IMG/VR virus record: IMGVR_UViG_3300045988_115079
Source: a virus
Strand: one strand, 5' to 3'
Length of the DNA: 45,653 nt
Part shown: positions 1-6,489 of the stretch, piece by piece
How the letters are laid out: each line of letters starts with the position of its first letter
How positions within the stretch are numbered: position 1 is the first letter of the stretch
Program-made: the position numbers and the translations under genes
Notes under the pieces: model-generated
Databases searched by the model: none
What the model was told of the DNA's origin: nothing
Seen by the model: only the letters and a program-made list of their open reading frames with translations

Positions 1-55
1 CGTCAGCGTAGCGCTTCAATTCGTCAAGCTTTGCTTTCAGCTTTTTGTTTTCCTC
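1..55. repeat. Terminal direct repeat; identical to 45599..45653 (assembly overlap of a circular molecule)
   Basis: Read directly: cgtcagcgtagcgcttcaattcgtcaagctttgctttcagctttttgttttcctc occurs at both ends. An ORF reads through the joined ends without a stop. Confidence 0.95.
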
Positions 56-163
56 TTCCAGATCGCGAATATTCCACTTTTTCATGCGCAGGTCAGCTTC
101 CAGCGAATCAATCTTCTCTCCCAATACGCTAATTGCAGTTGCAACGTAATTCATTTCGTCCAT
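1..163 (-). CDS. Small coiled-coil protein, N-terminal part; continues across the circular junction to 45573 (62 aa in total)
   Basis: ATG at 163 preceded by GGAGGA. Translation is MDEMNYVATAISVLGEKIDSLEADLRMKKWNIRDLEEENKKLKAKLDELKRYADGMDATEDN. It has a heptad-like charged pattern and is too short or split for the ORF track. Confidence 0.6.
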   Translation of the reverse strand, partial: MDEMNYVATAISVLGEKIDSLEADLRMKKWNIRDLEEENKKLKAKLDELKRYAD

Positions 164-165
164 GT

Positions 166-906
166 TTAATCCTCCATTTCAACTTCAACAAATTCTCCGT
201 TTTTCAAGCTGTAAAATGTATCCGGTTTCAGCTTATCGCCGTCGATCTGCGCGGCGCGAACGCACACAGGTTTCGAATCCTCATCATATTCAACCAACAC
301 AATCCAGCTTCCAATTTTGGCTTTGATTTTGCTGTTGAATCCAATCGCGGAAACAACCGCCCAGTCACCACTTGAGCCGATCTGCGCCCGGTCACCGCTG
401 GAGCCGATCTTCGCCCGGTCACCGCTGGAGCCGATCTTCGCTCCGTCACCACTTGAGCCGATCTTCGCCCGGTCACCGCTGGAGCCGATCTTCGCCCAGT
501 CACCGCTGGAGCCGATCTTCGCCCAGTCACCGCTGGAGCCGATCTGCGCCCGGTCACCACTTGAATTTTCCCCGTTCGGAATGTCTTTCGTTCTCTCGAC
601 TAATACACTGATCCCAGCCTTGATGAAGTACTTAAATGACAGTTTCGCGCCAATCTTCAGTTTCTTCGTAGCGCGCTTATTGTCTTGAACAAGCACCTTA
701 TCCAGCGGTTCAACCTCGGCAAATTCCGTAAAATCGCCATTGTCATCGACAAGCGGATAATAATCCAGACAATCGAACGGGGTTTCGCAATAATGCATCA
801 CGCCTTTTTTGCAGCATGAATCCGCGCCACTTTCTTCAAAAACAGCGTTCTCGGTGTACTGCTTCCCTTGGCAGATCATTCCCTTGCTGAACGCCTTGTA
901 GCCCAT
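166..906 (-). CDS. Early repeat protein: Cys-rich N-terminal domain plus 8 SSGDxAxIG nonapeptide repeats (resembles the DUF7666-type phage protein family, from memory)
   Basis: 246-aa ORF. N-terminus MGYKAFSKGMICQGKQY...HYCETPFDCLDYY, central repeats, C-terminus IGSWIVLVEYDED...LKNGEFVEV. The three other ORFs over the repeat are alternative frames of the same repeat. Confidence 0.75.
   Translation of the reverse strand: MGYKAFSKGMICQGKQYTENAVFEESGADSCCKKGVMHYCETPFDCLDYYPLVDDNGDFTEFAEVEPLDKVLVQDNKRATKKLKIGAKLSFKYFIKAGISVLVERTKDIPNGENSSGDRAQIGSSGDWAKIGSSGDWAKIGSSGDRAKIGSSGDGAKIGSSGDRAKIGSSGDRAQIGSSGDWAVVSAIGFNSKIKAKIGSWIVLVEYDEDSKPVCVRAAQIDGDKLKPDTFYSLKNGEFVEVEMED
361..566. repeat. 27-bp tandem repeat, 7 full copies plus 1 partial, inside CDS 166..906
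   Basis: Units start at 361, 388, 415, 442, 469, 496, 523 and 550 (consensus ccggtcaccgctggagccgatcttcgc). Variation is mostly at the codon for the x residue (R/W/G). Confidence 0.95.
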
Positions 907-921
907 GTTGTTCCCTCCTAC

Positions 922-1182
922 TCATACAGCCCAATTGCTGTTATACTTTTTTGCAACGCGCTGCTTACGCGCTTTTTCTTCCTGCATTCGGGGTTCGCAG
1001 ATGTATTCTGCGATGCTCCTTACATCCACCATCGTCCCTCCGCATGCCCACTCCAACCGCCCATCGTCCAGCATGGATCTGATTTTCGCTGGGCAGCAGT
1101 GCAGTATCTCCGCGGCGATGGAACGTCTGCACACTTCGCCATAGCGATGCAGCATATCATCTGTCCGTTCCTGCTTCGTCAT
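922..1182 (-). CDS. Putative excisionase/HTH_17-like DNA-binding protein
   Basis: 86 aa. The segment SIAAEILHCCPAKIRSMLDDGRLEWACGGTMVDVRSIAEYI fits the excisionase-type helix-turn-helix pattern. The ATG overlaps the upstream stop (TAATG). Confidence 0.4.
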   Translation of the reverse strand: MTKQERTDDMLHRYGEVCRRSIAAEILHCCPAKIRSMLDDGRLEWACGGTMVDVRSIAEYICEPRMQEEKARKQRVAKKYNSNWAV

Positions 1183-1355
1183 TACCGATCATCCTTCCCG
1201 TCGCACAGCAACGCCATCGACATAATCGTTACGGCGCATTCGCCCATCAGCATCAGCGCGCCCGCCGACCATCCGAATTCCAGAATCGAAAAGATCATCG
1301 TCACCCAGAAGGTTACAAGGCAGATGCCGCAGATAATCCAGTTCATGGGTTTCAT
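1182..1355 (-). CDS. Small membrane protein (57 aa), not in the ORF track
   Basis: ATG at 1355 with GGAGGTA 6-7 nt upstream. Translation is MKPMNWIICGICLVTFWVTMIFSILEFGWSAGALMLMGECAVTIMSMALLCDGKDDR, with two hydrophobic helices. Its stop overlaps the next ATG. It is more plausible than track ORF 1189..1383. Confidence 0.55.
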   Translation of the reverse strand: MKPMNWIICGICLVTFWVTMIFSILEFGWSAGALMLMGECAVTIMSMALLCDGKDDR

Positions 1356-1366
1356 GTGCATACCTC

Positions 1367-1573
1367 CTATTCTGGATCAACAAAATCTTCCTGCGTGTAT
1401 CCGGCTTCCATCAGCTGCTTTCCGTGCTTCTCCATCCAGCGCATGTTATATAGAAGCTGTCTGCGCTTGTATCGGTAGTTCCGTTCAGCGACCGATAGCT
1501 TGTACGCGCTCGATTGCTTCAATCGTTCGATCTCGGCTTCCACCTGTTCATCGGTCAATCCTTTTTTTGCCAT
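1367..1573 (-). CDS. Hypothetical early protein (68 aa, charged helical)
   Basis: ORF with GGAGGAACAACA upstream of the ATG; sits in the tightly packed minus-strand operon. Confidence 0.6.
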   Translation of the reverse strand: MAKKGLTDEQVEAEIERLKQSSAYKLSVAERNYRYKRRQLLYNMRWMEKHGKQLMEAGYTQEDFVDPE

Positions 1574-1607
1574 TGTTGTTCCTCCTGTTCATAATTCATG
1601 TCTCGTC

Positions 1608-1636
1608 TTGTTTGCTGTCGGTTCAACTGATATAAT
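1608..1636 (+). promoter_or_regulatory. Candidate sigma70-type promoter for the plus-strand gene 1661..1888
   Basis: TTGTTT (1608-1613), 17-nt spacer, extended -10 TGaTATAAT (1628-1636). Confidence 0.5.
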
Positions 1637-1660
1637 CATGGTTGAAAGGGGGTGAATCGT

Positions 1661-1888
1661 ATGAAAGATTTCAACGACTTCATTAATTACTTCAACCTTG
1701 ACTGCCAGCATCTGGCAGTTGAAGCAGCCGTTGAATTGGCGAACAATATTAAATCCGAACTTGACGCCAATTCAATCAATCAGGAATTAGCCAACGCAAT
1801 TGCTTCAATAGCAGCAGACACAACCATGTGTTACTTGATGCTCATGCTTCGCTGCTATCATCAGTGGTTGAATGATTCTGAATCGTAG
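1661..1888 (+). CDS. Hypothetical 75-aa helical protein, oriented opposite to the surrounding early operon
   Basis: ATG at 1661 with AAGGGGG 9 nt upstream. AT-richer than neighbours by eye. Its 3' end overlaps convergent CDS 1842..2204 by 47 nt. Confidence 0.5.
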   Translation: MKDFNDFINYFNLDCQHLAVEAAVELANNIKSELDANSINQELANAIASIAADTTMCYLMLMLRCYHQWLNDSES

Positions 1889-2204
1889 ACTTCATAGCAG
1901 CCTTCACGCCGCGCATGATTGCCTGTGCAAGGCTTGCTGTGGATGCAGCATCATCTTTTGCAGCCGGTTTTGCCGAACCGGCTGCAGCCGGAAATCTAAT
2001 CGCTTCTTTGCCTTTGAACTGGATGGGATTCATGTTATCATCCAGTTCATCTTTTACTTCGAACCTGCGAATCGATTCTTGACCATTTGATTCGATCTTC
2101 ACGACCGTAATGTACTTCCTGCCGTCAAATCTGTACGTGAATACCCTGCACCGCTCCGACCGCATGAAGCGCTTTTTGATGAGCCATGCTTTGAAGCGCG
2201 TCAT
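1842..2204 (-). CDS. Hypothetical early protein (120 aa)
   Basis: ORF in the minus-strand operon; start preceded by GGGAGGGAG. Confidence 0.6.
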   Translation of the reverse strand: MTRFKAWLIKKRFMRSERCRVFTYRFDGRKYITVVKIESNGQESIRRFEVKDELDDNMNPIQFKGKEAIRFPAAAGSAKPAAKDDAASTASLAQAIMRGVKAAMKSTIQNHSTTDDSSEA

Positions 2205-2234
2205 TTGCTCTCCCTCCCTTCGTGCGCGGCTTTG

Positions 2235-2432
2235 CTAGAAGCCCAGAATCAAGCGCGTGAGCGTGATCAGCAGATAGCCGCAGATGAGGCCGAGAAGCAG
2301 CGGGTGGCGCGTGAACGCAAGATGGATATACGCCGCGACTACGTTCTTTTTGTGCTCGGTATCCTGCTCGGCTGGCTGCTCGGCGTTATTACGCCGCAGA
2401 ATGCGTTTAACTGGTTTACCTCGCTGTTCCAT
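2235..2432 (-). CDS. Small protein with C-terminal hydrophobic segment (65 aa)
   Basis: GGGAG lies 8 nt upstream of the ATG and the gene is co-oriented with its neighbours. The competing plus ORF 2205..2435 starts at TTG with no RBS. Confidence 0.45.
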   Translation of the reverse strand: MEQRGKPVKRILRRNNAEQPAEQDTEHKKNVVAAYIHLAFTRHPLLLGLICGYLLITLTRLILGF

Positions 2433-2435
2433 TAG

Positions 2436-2645
2436 TTACGCTCCCTTCTCGTCCGTGGCGAAGAGGTAATCCATCGTAAATTCAGGCAGAAGATTATTTC
2501 TGATAGTTACTGCTTCATTTATCGTGAATTCCGTCGTGCCATTAAGCTTGTTGGTAAGCGTTTTATCGGTTACGCCGATCATTCGGGCAACAACATTTTG
2601 CGTTATGTTTTTTCTCCTTAATTCATGGCTTAGATTTGCCAGCAT
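2436..2645 (-). CDS. Cro-like XRE-family HTH regulator (first gene of the early lytic operon)
   Basis: 69 aa. HTH segment ITQNVVARMIGVTDKTLTNKLNG. RBS GAGGTG. Divergent from the CI-like gene. Confidence 0.75.
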   Translation of the reverse strand: MLANLSHELRRKNITQNVVARMIGVTDKTLTNKLNGTTEFTINEAVTIRNNLLPEFTMDYLFATDEKGA

Positions 2646-2664
2646 ATTGTTTCACCTCACTTCT

Positions 2665-2742
2665 TACCTAGAAAAGTAACTTTCGATGCTATTTTATACC
2701 ATCCTAGGGAGTTTGTCAATACCTTTTTTACTTTTTTAGGTA
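2665..2742. promoter_or_regulatory. Inverted repeat pair (candidate operators) in the immunity switch region
   Basis: tacctagaaaag (2665-2676) versus the reverse complement of cttttttaggta (2731-2742): 11/12 match. A CCTAGG palindrome (2703-2708) lies in the spacer of the minus-strand promoter. Confidence 0.45.
2691..2719 (-). promoter_or_regulatory. Early (Cro-side) promoter
   Basis: On the minus strand: TTGACA (2719-2714), 17-nt spacer, TAAAAT (2696-2691). Confidence 0.65.
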
Positions 2743-2751
2743 AAATATTTC

Positions 2752-2780
2752 TTGACAAATGAATTGTTCAGGTGTATAAT
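2752..2780 (+). promoter_or_regulatory. Repressor-side promoter with consensus hexamers
   Basis: TTGACA (2752-2757), 17-nt spacer, TATAAT (2775-2780). The ORF-track start at 2752 is the -35 hexamer itself. Confidence 0.75.
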
Positions 2781-2805
2781 GCATTCAGAGGTGATAATTG
2801 TGGAT

Positions 2806-3204
2806 ATGCTTAGCAGAATAATAGATTTGATGGAACATCACAAAGATACTAAAGCGTCCCTTGCGCGAAATGCTGGCATACCTTATACAACTATTGATGG
2901 ATTATTTAAACGTGGTTGCGATAATGCTTATGTATCGACTGCACGGAAAATAAGTAACTATTACGGAGTTACGTTAGATTACCTTGTAATGGGTGTTGAT
3001 GCATTATCGACTGACGCATTAGATATTGCCGCAAAATATGAACGTCTTGATAAGCACAGCCGTGAACTTGTGGAATTAGTTATCAACCACGAAGCCAAGC
3101 GCGTGAAGCAGGAAAACGGGCATGAAAGCCCGTCCGTCAGAGAAGCGTTAGGCGAACCATCCGAAAGCCGAGCGGTTCATCCAGATTCCGCACAAGGCGA
3201 ATGA
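2806..3204 (+). CDS. CI-like XRE-family HTH repressor
   Basis: HTH segment KASLARNAGIPYTTIDGLFKRG. Start at ATG 2806, or GTG 2800, after GAGGTG (2788-2793). The C-terminal about 25 aa overlap a convergent gene and look low-complexity. Confidence 0.75.
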   Translation: MLSRIIDLMEHHKDTKASLARNAGIPYTTIDGLFKRGCDNAYVSTARKISNYYGVTLDYLVMGVDALSTDALDIAAKYERLDKHSRELVELVINHEAKRVKQENGHESPSVREALGEPSESRAVHPDSAQGE

Positions 3205-3355
3205 CGTTCGCGTGCGCGTCTGCCGATACGTTGCGATACACCGTTTCATGTGGGATGGAGATGATCGCTTCAATGTCCGGTCGTTCCGGAATGGATACGC
3301 TTTCCGTGCGGTAGTCGGCGTAGAATGACGCGCGCTTGTTCAATAGCTTCAACAT
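3137..3355 (-). CDS. Hypothetical 72-aa protein convergent with, and overlapping, the repressor gene
   Basis: Strong RBS: GGAGG 7 nt upstream of the ATG at 3355. No recognisable motif. Confidence 0.5.
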   Translation of the reverse strand: MLKLLNKRASFYADYRTESVSIPERPDIEAIISIPHETVYRNVSADAHANVIRLVRNLDEPLGFRMVRLTLL

Positions 3356-3485
3356 GGTTTCGACCTCCTATATATGTTTTTATACGGTTGCCGGATGTCC
3401 GGCGCTGTATTGATCATAGGCAATTTACAAAAAAGGCGCAATACATTATATAGTCTGTATTATATTCGCTGAATTCTGCTTTTGT

Positions 3486-3515
3486 TTGTATCATATTCGC
3501 CAAATCATGTATAAT
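3486..3515 (+). promoter_or_regulatory. Candidate promoter for 3573..4100
   Basis: TTGTAT (3486-3491), 18-nt spacer, TATAAT (3510-3515) preceded by TG. The -10 context (atgtataat) matches that of the promoter at 2775. Confidence 0.45.
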
Positions 3516-3572
3516 TTAATCGTATTTTGAATAGTATTTAATGGTATAAAATCAGAAAGGTGGCGTATTTAT

Positions 3573-4100
3573 GTGACGGAATTGTACATACGTTTAGGTC
3601 AGCTGATGGAGAAGCACGGGTACACCAATCAATCCCTCGCGGATGCAAGCGGCGTACCCATCGGAACCATCAGCGGGATTCGTTCCGGAAACGTTCGCAA
3701 TCCCGGCTATAGCGCGATCTGCGCGATGCTCACCGCGATGGGCGAGCCGGTAAGCGCATTGAGCGGTTCGGCAGAGAACGCTTCAACCGAATCGGTTGCG
3801 GACAGCACAGATGGCGTACACCTTCCGGACAACGGCTTCACGGAACAACAGCAGACGATCATGGAAAAAAGCTGCCAAATTGCGACGCTGTCCGCCAAGC
3901 TGGACGCGCGCGATGAAAGCGCAGAGCGCAACGCGGACAGATGCGCCAAGCTGGAAGCGCAATTGCAAGCCGAACGCAAGCGGAACATACGGCTACAATA
4001 TGCATTCATCATCGTTTGCGTGTTGATCGTTGTACTTGCGGCAATGTATATTTGGGATGTGAACAATCTACATAGTGGATTGACCGCATATTTTAATTAA
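3573..4100 (+). CDS. Membrane-anchored XRE-family HTH protein (HTH + coiled coil + C-terminal TM helix)
   Basis: GTG start after AGGTGG. HTH segment NQSLADASGVPIGTISGIRSG, coiled coil AKLDARDESAERNADRCAKLEAQLQAERKR, TM helix YAFIIVCVLIVVLAAMYIW. Confidence 0.7.
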   Translation: MTELYIRLGQLMEKHGYTNQSLADASGVPIGTISGIRSGNVRNPGYSAICAMLTAMGEPVSALSGSAENASTESVADSTDGVHLPDNGFTEQQQTIMEKSCQIATLSAKLDARDESAERNADRCAKLEAQLQAERKRNIRLQYAFIIVCVLIVVLAAMYIWDVNNLHSGLTAYFN

Positions 4101-4119
4101 TAAGATGGAGGAATGAAGG

Positions 4120-4782
4120 ATGAAGAAGGTAATGGCAATCATTTCGATTTTGATGATCGTTGCAATGATGGGTTCGGCATTCGCAGGTTCAGATAATCAG
4201 ATTACGTTCAGAGGGGTGGAATGGTATTCCACATTGGCAGAGGTCAAGGACGAATTAGGATGGGCAGACGTAGATATAATGGATGATATGATTCTGCTGA
4301 GCGATATTGATGAGAATTGGGATTATTCATTGTCAAGCGGGTATAATCGCATAGACGATATGGGATTGTTCGCATATTACTATGATGCCGAAGTAGCCGG
4401 ATACAAGGCACTTACATACATGTCTTTTATTTATCCGATCGAAAATGGATCATCGGTAAAAGACGCTGATAAAGCGCAATTATACATGGCTACATATTCA
4501 ATAAGCGAATATGCCGATCTGAATGCTGTGTATTCCGATCTGAAAGCAAAGCTGGATTCCCTGTACGGAGCGGGAACAGTTAAAGATAACCGTGTAGTGT
4601 GGATGGATTCAGTCGGCGATAAGGTGGTATTGTCTATGGATGGTTCGTATGTTGGTGTGTCATATGCTGCCGCCGGACATAAAGAACGTTTGCAGTCAAT
4701 GCACAATGTGAGAATCGCTGAAATGAAGCGTACAGAAGCCGACGAACGCGCGCAGAAAGCTAACGATACATCTGGGCTTTGA
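4120..4782 (+). CDS. Secreted protein of unknown function (signal peptide)
   Basis: N-terminus MKKVMAIISILMIVAMMGSAFA|GSD. RBS GGAGGA. Followed by an intrinsic terminator. Confidence 0.7.
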   Translation: MKKVMAIISILMIVAMMGSAFAGSDNQITFRGVEWYSTLAEVKDELGWADVDIMDDMILLSDIDENWDYSLSSGYNRIDDMGLFAYYYDAEVAGYKALTYMSFIYPIENGSSVKDADKAQLYMATYSISEYADLNAVYSDLKAKLDSLYGAGTVKDNRVVWMDSVGDKVVLSMDGSYVGVSYAAAGHKERLQSMHNVRIAEMKRTEADERAQKANDTSGL

Positions 4783-4801
4783 TTCGATAGATAATAATCT
4801 T

Positions 4802-4824
4802 CCCCGCTTCGGCGGGGATTTTTT
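4802..4824 (+). terminator. Rho-independent terminator
   Basis: ccccgc-ttcg-gcgggg followed by attttttg. Confidence 0.85.
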
Positions 4825-4840
4825 GAAGGGAGGATGAAAT

Positions 4841-5137
4841 ATGAGGATTTTATATCGTGATCATCGCGGCAGTATTGCGGAAGCAATGGAAACTATACGC
4901 GAATATCGTACGGTTGACGAAATGAAGGCAGGGATTGCAGCGGATTGCAACAAGCTGCATCGCGAAGTTGGATTCATCGGCGAAGCGTTTTCGGCAGAAG
5001 ATATTTCCATTGGCGACAACATAGGGGCGGATGATCGTATCGGTTGGACGAATACGCATTACGTTTGCATTCGTCGGTTGGGCGATGAGGATTTTGAGGT
5101 TCCGCAGGCGATCGGGTTCTGTACGTTTATCAATTGA
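4841..5137 (+). CDS. Hypothetical acidic 98-aa protein immediately upstream of the integrase
   Basis: RBS GGGAGGA. Its stop is adjacent to the integrase RBS. Confidence 0.6.
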   Translation: MRILYRDHRGSIAEAMETIREYRTVDEMKAGIAADCNKLHREVGFIGEAFSAEDISIGDNIGADDRIGWTNTHYVCIRRLGDEDFEVPQAIGFCTFIN

Positions 5138-5151
5138 AGGGAGGAAAGAGC

Positions 5152-6321
5152 ATGCCCAAGAAACAGAAATCCGGCTTATATCGCACCAAGGTCAAGATTG
5201 GCGTGGACGCAGGTGGAAAGGATATATTCAAGTATGTATCCGGACGAACAAAGAAGGAACTGGAGGACGCAAAGCGGGAAGCCTATGCGCGGTATATAGG
5301 GAATACAGGGTTGAACGATGATGTTCTATTCGGCAAGTACGCACAGGATTGGTACTTCAATGTCAAAAATCCGCTGCTCTCCGAATCAACCAAGGCAAGC
5401 TATCGAACGATGCTGAACAAGTATGTTCTTCCTATGTTCGGGGATCGAAATATGCGATCTATTGCAGCATCCGAATTGCAGAAATGGATGAATGGTTTTT
5501 CATTGATGTCAGGAACGACAATAGCCCAAGCCGCTACAGTCATACGAAGTATATTCGGTTCCGCTCTCGCCGATAGAATAATACCATCTGACCCATCTGC
5601 ATCAATCAATCTGCCCAAGTCGAAGAAAGAACAGCACAAGAGAAGTTTGACGGCAGAAGAAACAGATAAAATCCTTGATCTGATAGAACGCCATACGCAC
5701 GGCGATTATCTGGCATGTTTGTATTATACAGGAGCCAGACCGGGTGAAGTGCGCGGGTTGATGTGGGGCGATTTTGATTGGGATAGCAATGTAATCCACA
5801 TTAGACGCGACATTGATTACAAAGCCAACTGTTCAGCCGGGGCGCTGAAAACAGAAGCTGCGTATCGAGAAGTTCCAATTCAAGATGAATTGCGAAAAAT
5901 TCTATACCCGAAGCGCGAACATCCCAATTCGTATCTTTTTACTGGTGATCGATCGGGAAAACCATGGTCGAAATCAACGGCTGAAAGAATATGGCTTGAT
6001 ATGATGCGACAAGCCGGGCTTGTCGAACAAAGAAATGCAGAATGGAAAAATAAAGATATACGTTCTGAATTGAAGCCAACAATCACTCCGTATTATCTCC
6101 GGCACAATTATATTACTCAATGCTGGCAGGCAGGGATTGACCCTATGATAACGATGCGTATAGTTGGACACACGGATTACAGAACAACCGCAAATATCTA
6201 TACGCACTTGCAATATGAACACATAGAGCGGTCACGGATGGATTTGCAGCGGGTTTTCGATGAAAAAAAAGTTGCAAAAAAGTTGCACAAAGCATCAAAT
6301 GATGGAAGTTCAAAAAAATGA
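5152..6321 (+). CDS. int: Tyrosine recombinase / phage integrase
   Basis: ATG 5152 after GGGAGGA. Box I YYTGARPGEVRGLMWGDF; box II YYLRHNYITQ...IVGHTDYRTTANIYTHL with the catalytic Tyr. Adjacent to the tRNA-derived attP. Confidence 0.9.
   Translation: MPKKQKSGLYRTKVKIGVDAGGKDIFKYVSGRTKKELEDAKREAYARYIGNTGLNDDVLFGKYAQDWYFNVKNPLLSESTKASYRTMLNKYVLPMFGDRNMRSIAASELQKWMNGFSLMSGTTIAQAATVIRSIFGSALADRIIPSDPSASINLPKSKKEQHKRSLTAEETDKILDLIERHTHGDYLACLYYTGARPGEVRGLMWGDFDWDSNVIHIRRDIDYKANCSAGALKTEAAYREVPIQDELRKILYPKREHPNSYLFTGDRSGKPWSKSTAERIWLDMMRQAGLVEQRNAEWKNKDIRSELKPTITPYYLRHNYITQCWQAGIDPMITMRIVGHTDYRTTANIYTHLQYEHIERSRMDLQRVFDEKKVAKKLHKASNDGSSKK
6268..6290. repeat. Left copy of 23-bp direct repeat aaagttgcaaaaaagttgcacaa (inside the int 3' end)
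   Basis: Identical 23-mer at 6490..6512. Each copy is itself a tandem of AAGTTGCA(A/C)AA. The two copies flank the tRNA-like core. Confidence 0.9.
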
Positions 6322-6358
6322 AAAACCCTCAAAAACGCTGTGTTTTCAAGGGTTTTTT
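6321..6358 (+). terminator. Rho-independent terminator after int
   Basis: aaaaaccctcaaaaac ... gttttcaagggttttt hairpin followed by a T run. Confidence 0.7.
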
Positions 6359-6360
6359 GA

Positions 6361-6410
6361 TGGTACCGGCGATCGGATTCGAACCAATGACACTCCGGGT
6401 ATGAACCGAA
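6361..6410 (-). other. attP core: 3' 50 nt of a tRNA-Met (anticodon CAT) gene, not a complete tRNA
   Basis: The minus strand reads ttcgg-ttCATac-ccgga-gtgtc-attgg-ttcgaat-ccgat-cgccggt-a-cca, i.e. anticodon arm, variable loop, T arm, acceptor 3' strand and CCA. Sequence 5' of it has no D-arm or acceptor complement. Confidence 0.8.
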
Positions 6411-6489
6411 TTTTTACTTACTATAGTGTGCCTAAAATAGCGTATTTACAGGGGTTTTTGCCTATTTTGATGTACAACAACAGAAAAAC

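Noticed and set aside
361-566. Possible CRISPR array (regular short repeats)
   Set aside because: The units are directly abutting 27-bp tandem copies with no spacers. They lie in frame inside a protein-coding gene.
228-688. Three long ORFs (228..560 -, 317..688 +, 372..611 +) with highly repetitive translations
   Set aside because: They are alternative reading frames of the 27-bp tandem repeat. Only 166..906 (-) extends into non-repeat flanking domains and has operon context.
1189-1383. 64-aa minus-strand track ORF
   Set aside because: It has no RBS, an implausible Arg/Asp-rich sequence, and overlaps the neighbouring gene. The alternative frame 1182..1355 has an RBS, two TM helices and TAATG coupling.
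868-1635. 255-aa plus-strand ORF
   Set aside because: It is antisense to four tightly packed minus-strand genes that have RBSs and coupled stops/starts. The translation is low-complexity (S/P/C/H-rich) and has no RBS.
2205-2435. 76-aa plus-strand ORF
   Set aside because: It starts at TTG without an SD and is opposite to the operon direction. The minus-strand ORF 2235..2432 has GGGAG at the correct spacing. This remains somewhat uncertain.
6361-6410. Functional tRNA gene
   Set aside because: Only the anticodon arm to the CCA end is present. Sequence 5' of it cannot form a D arm or pair with the acceptor 3' strand, so it is an attP core, not a tRNA.
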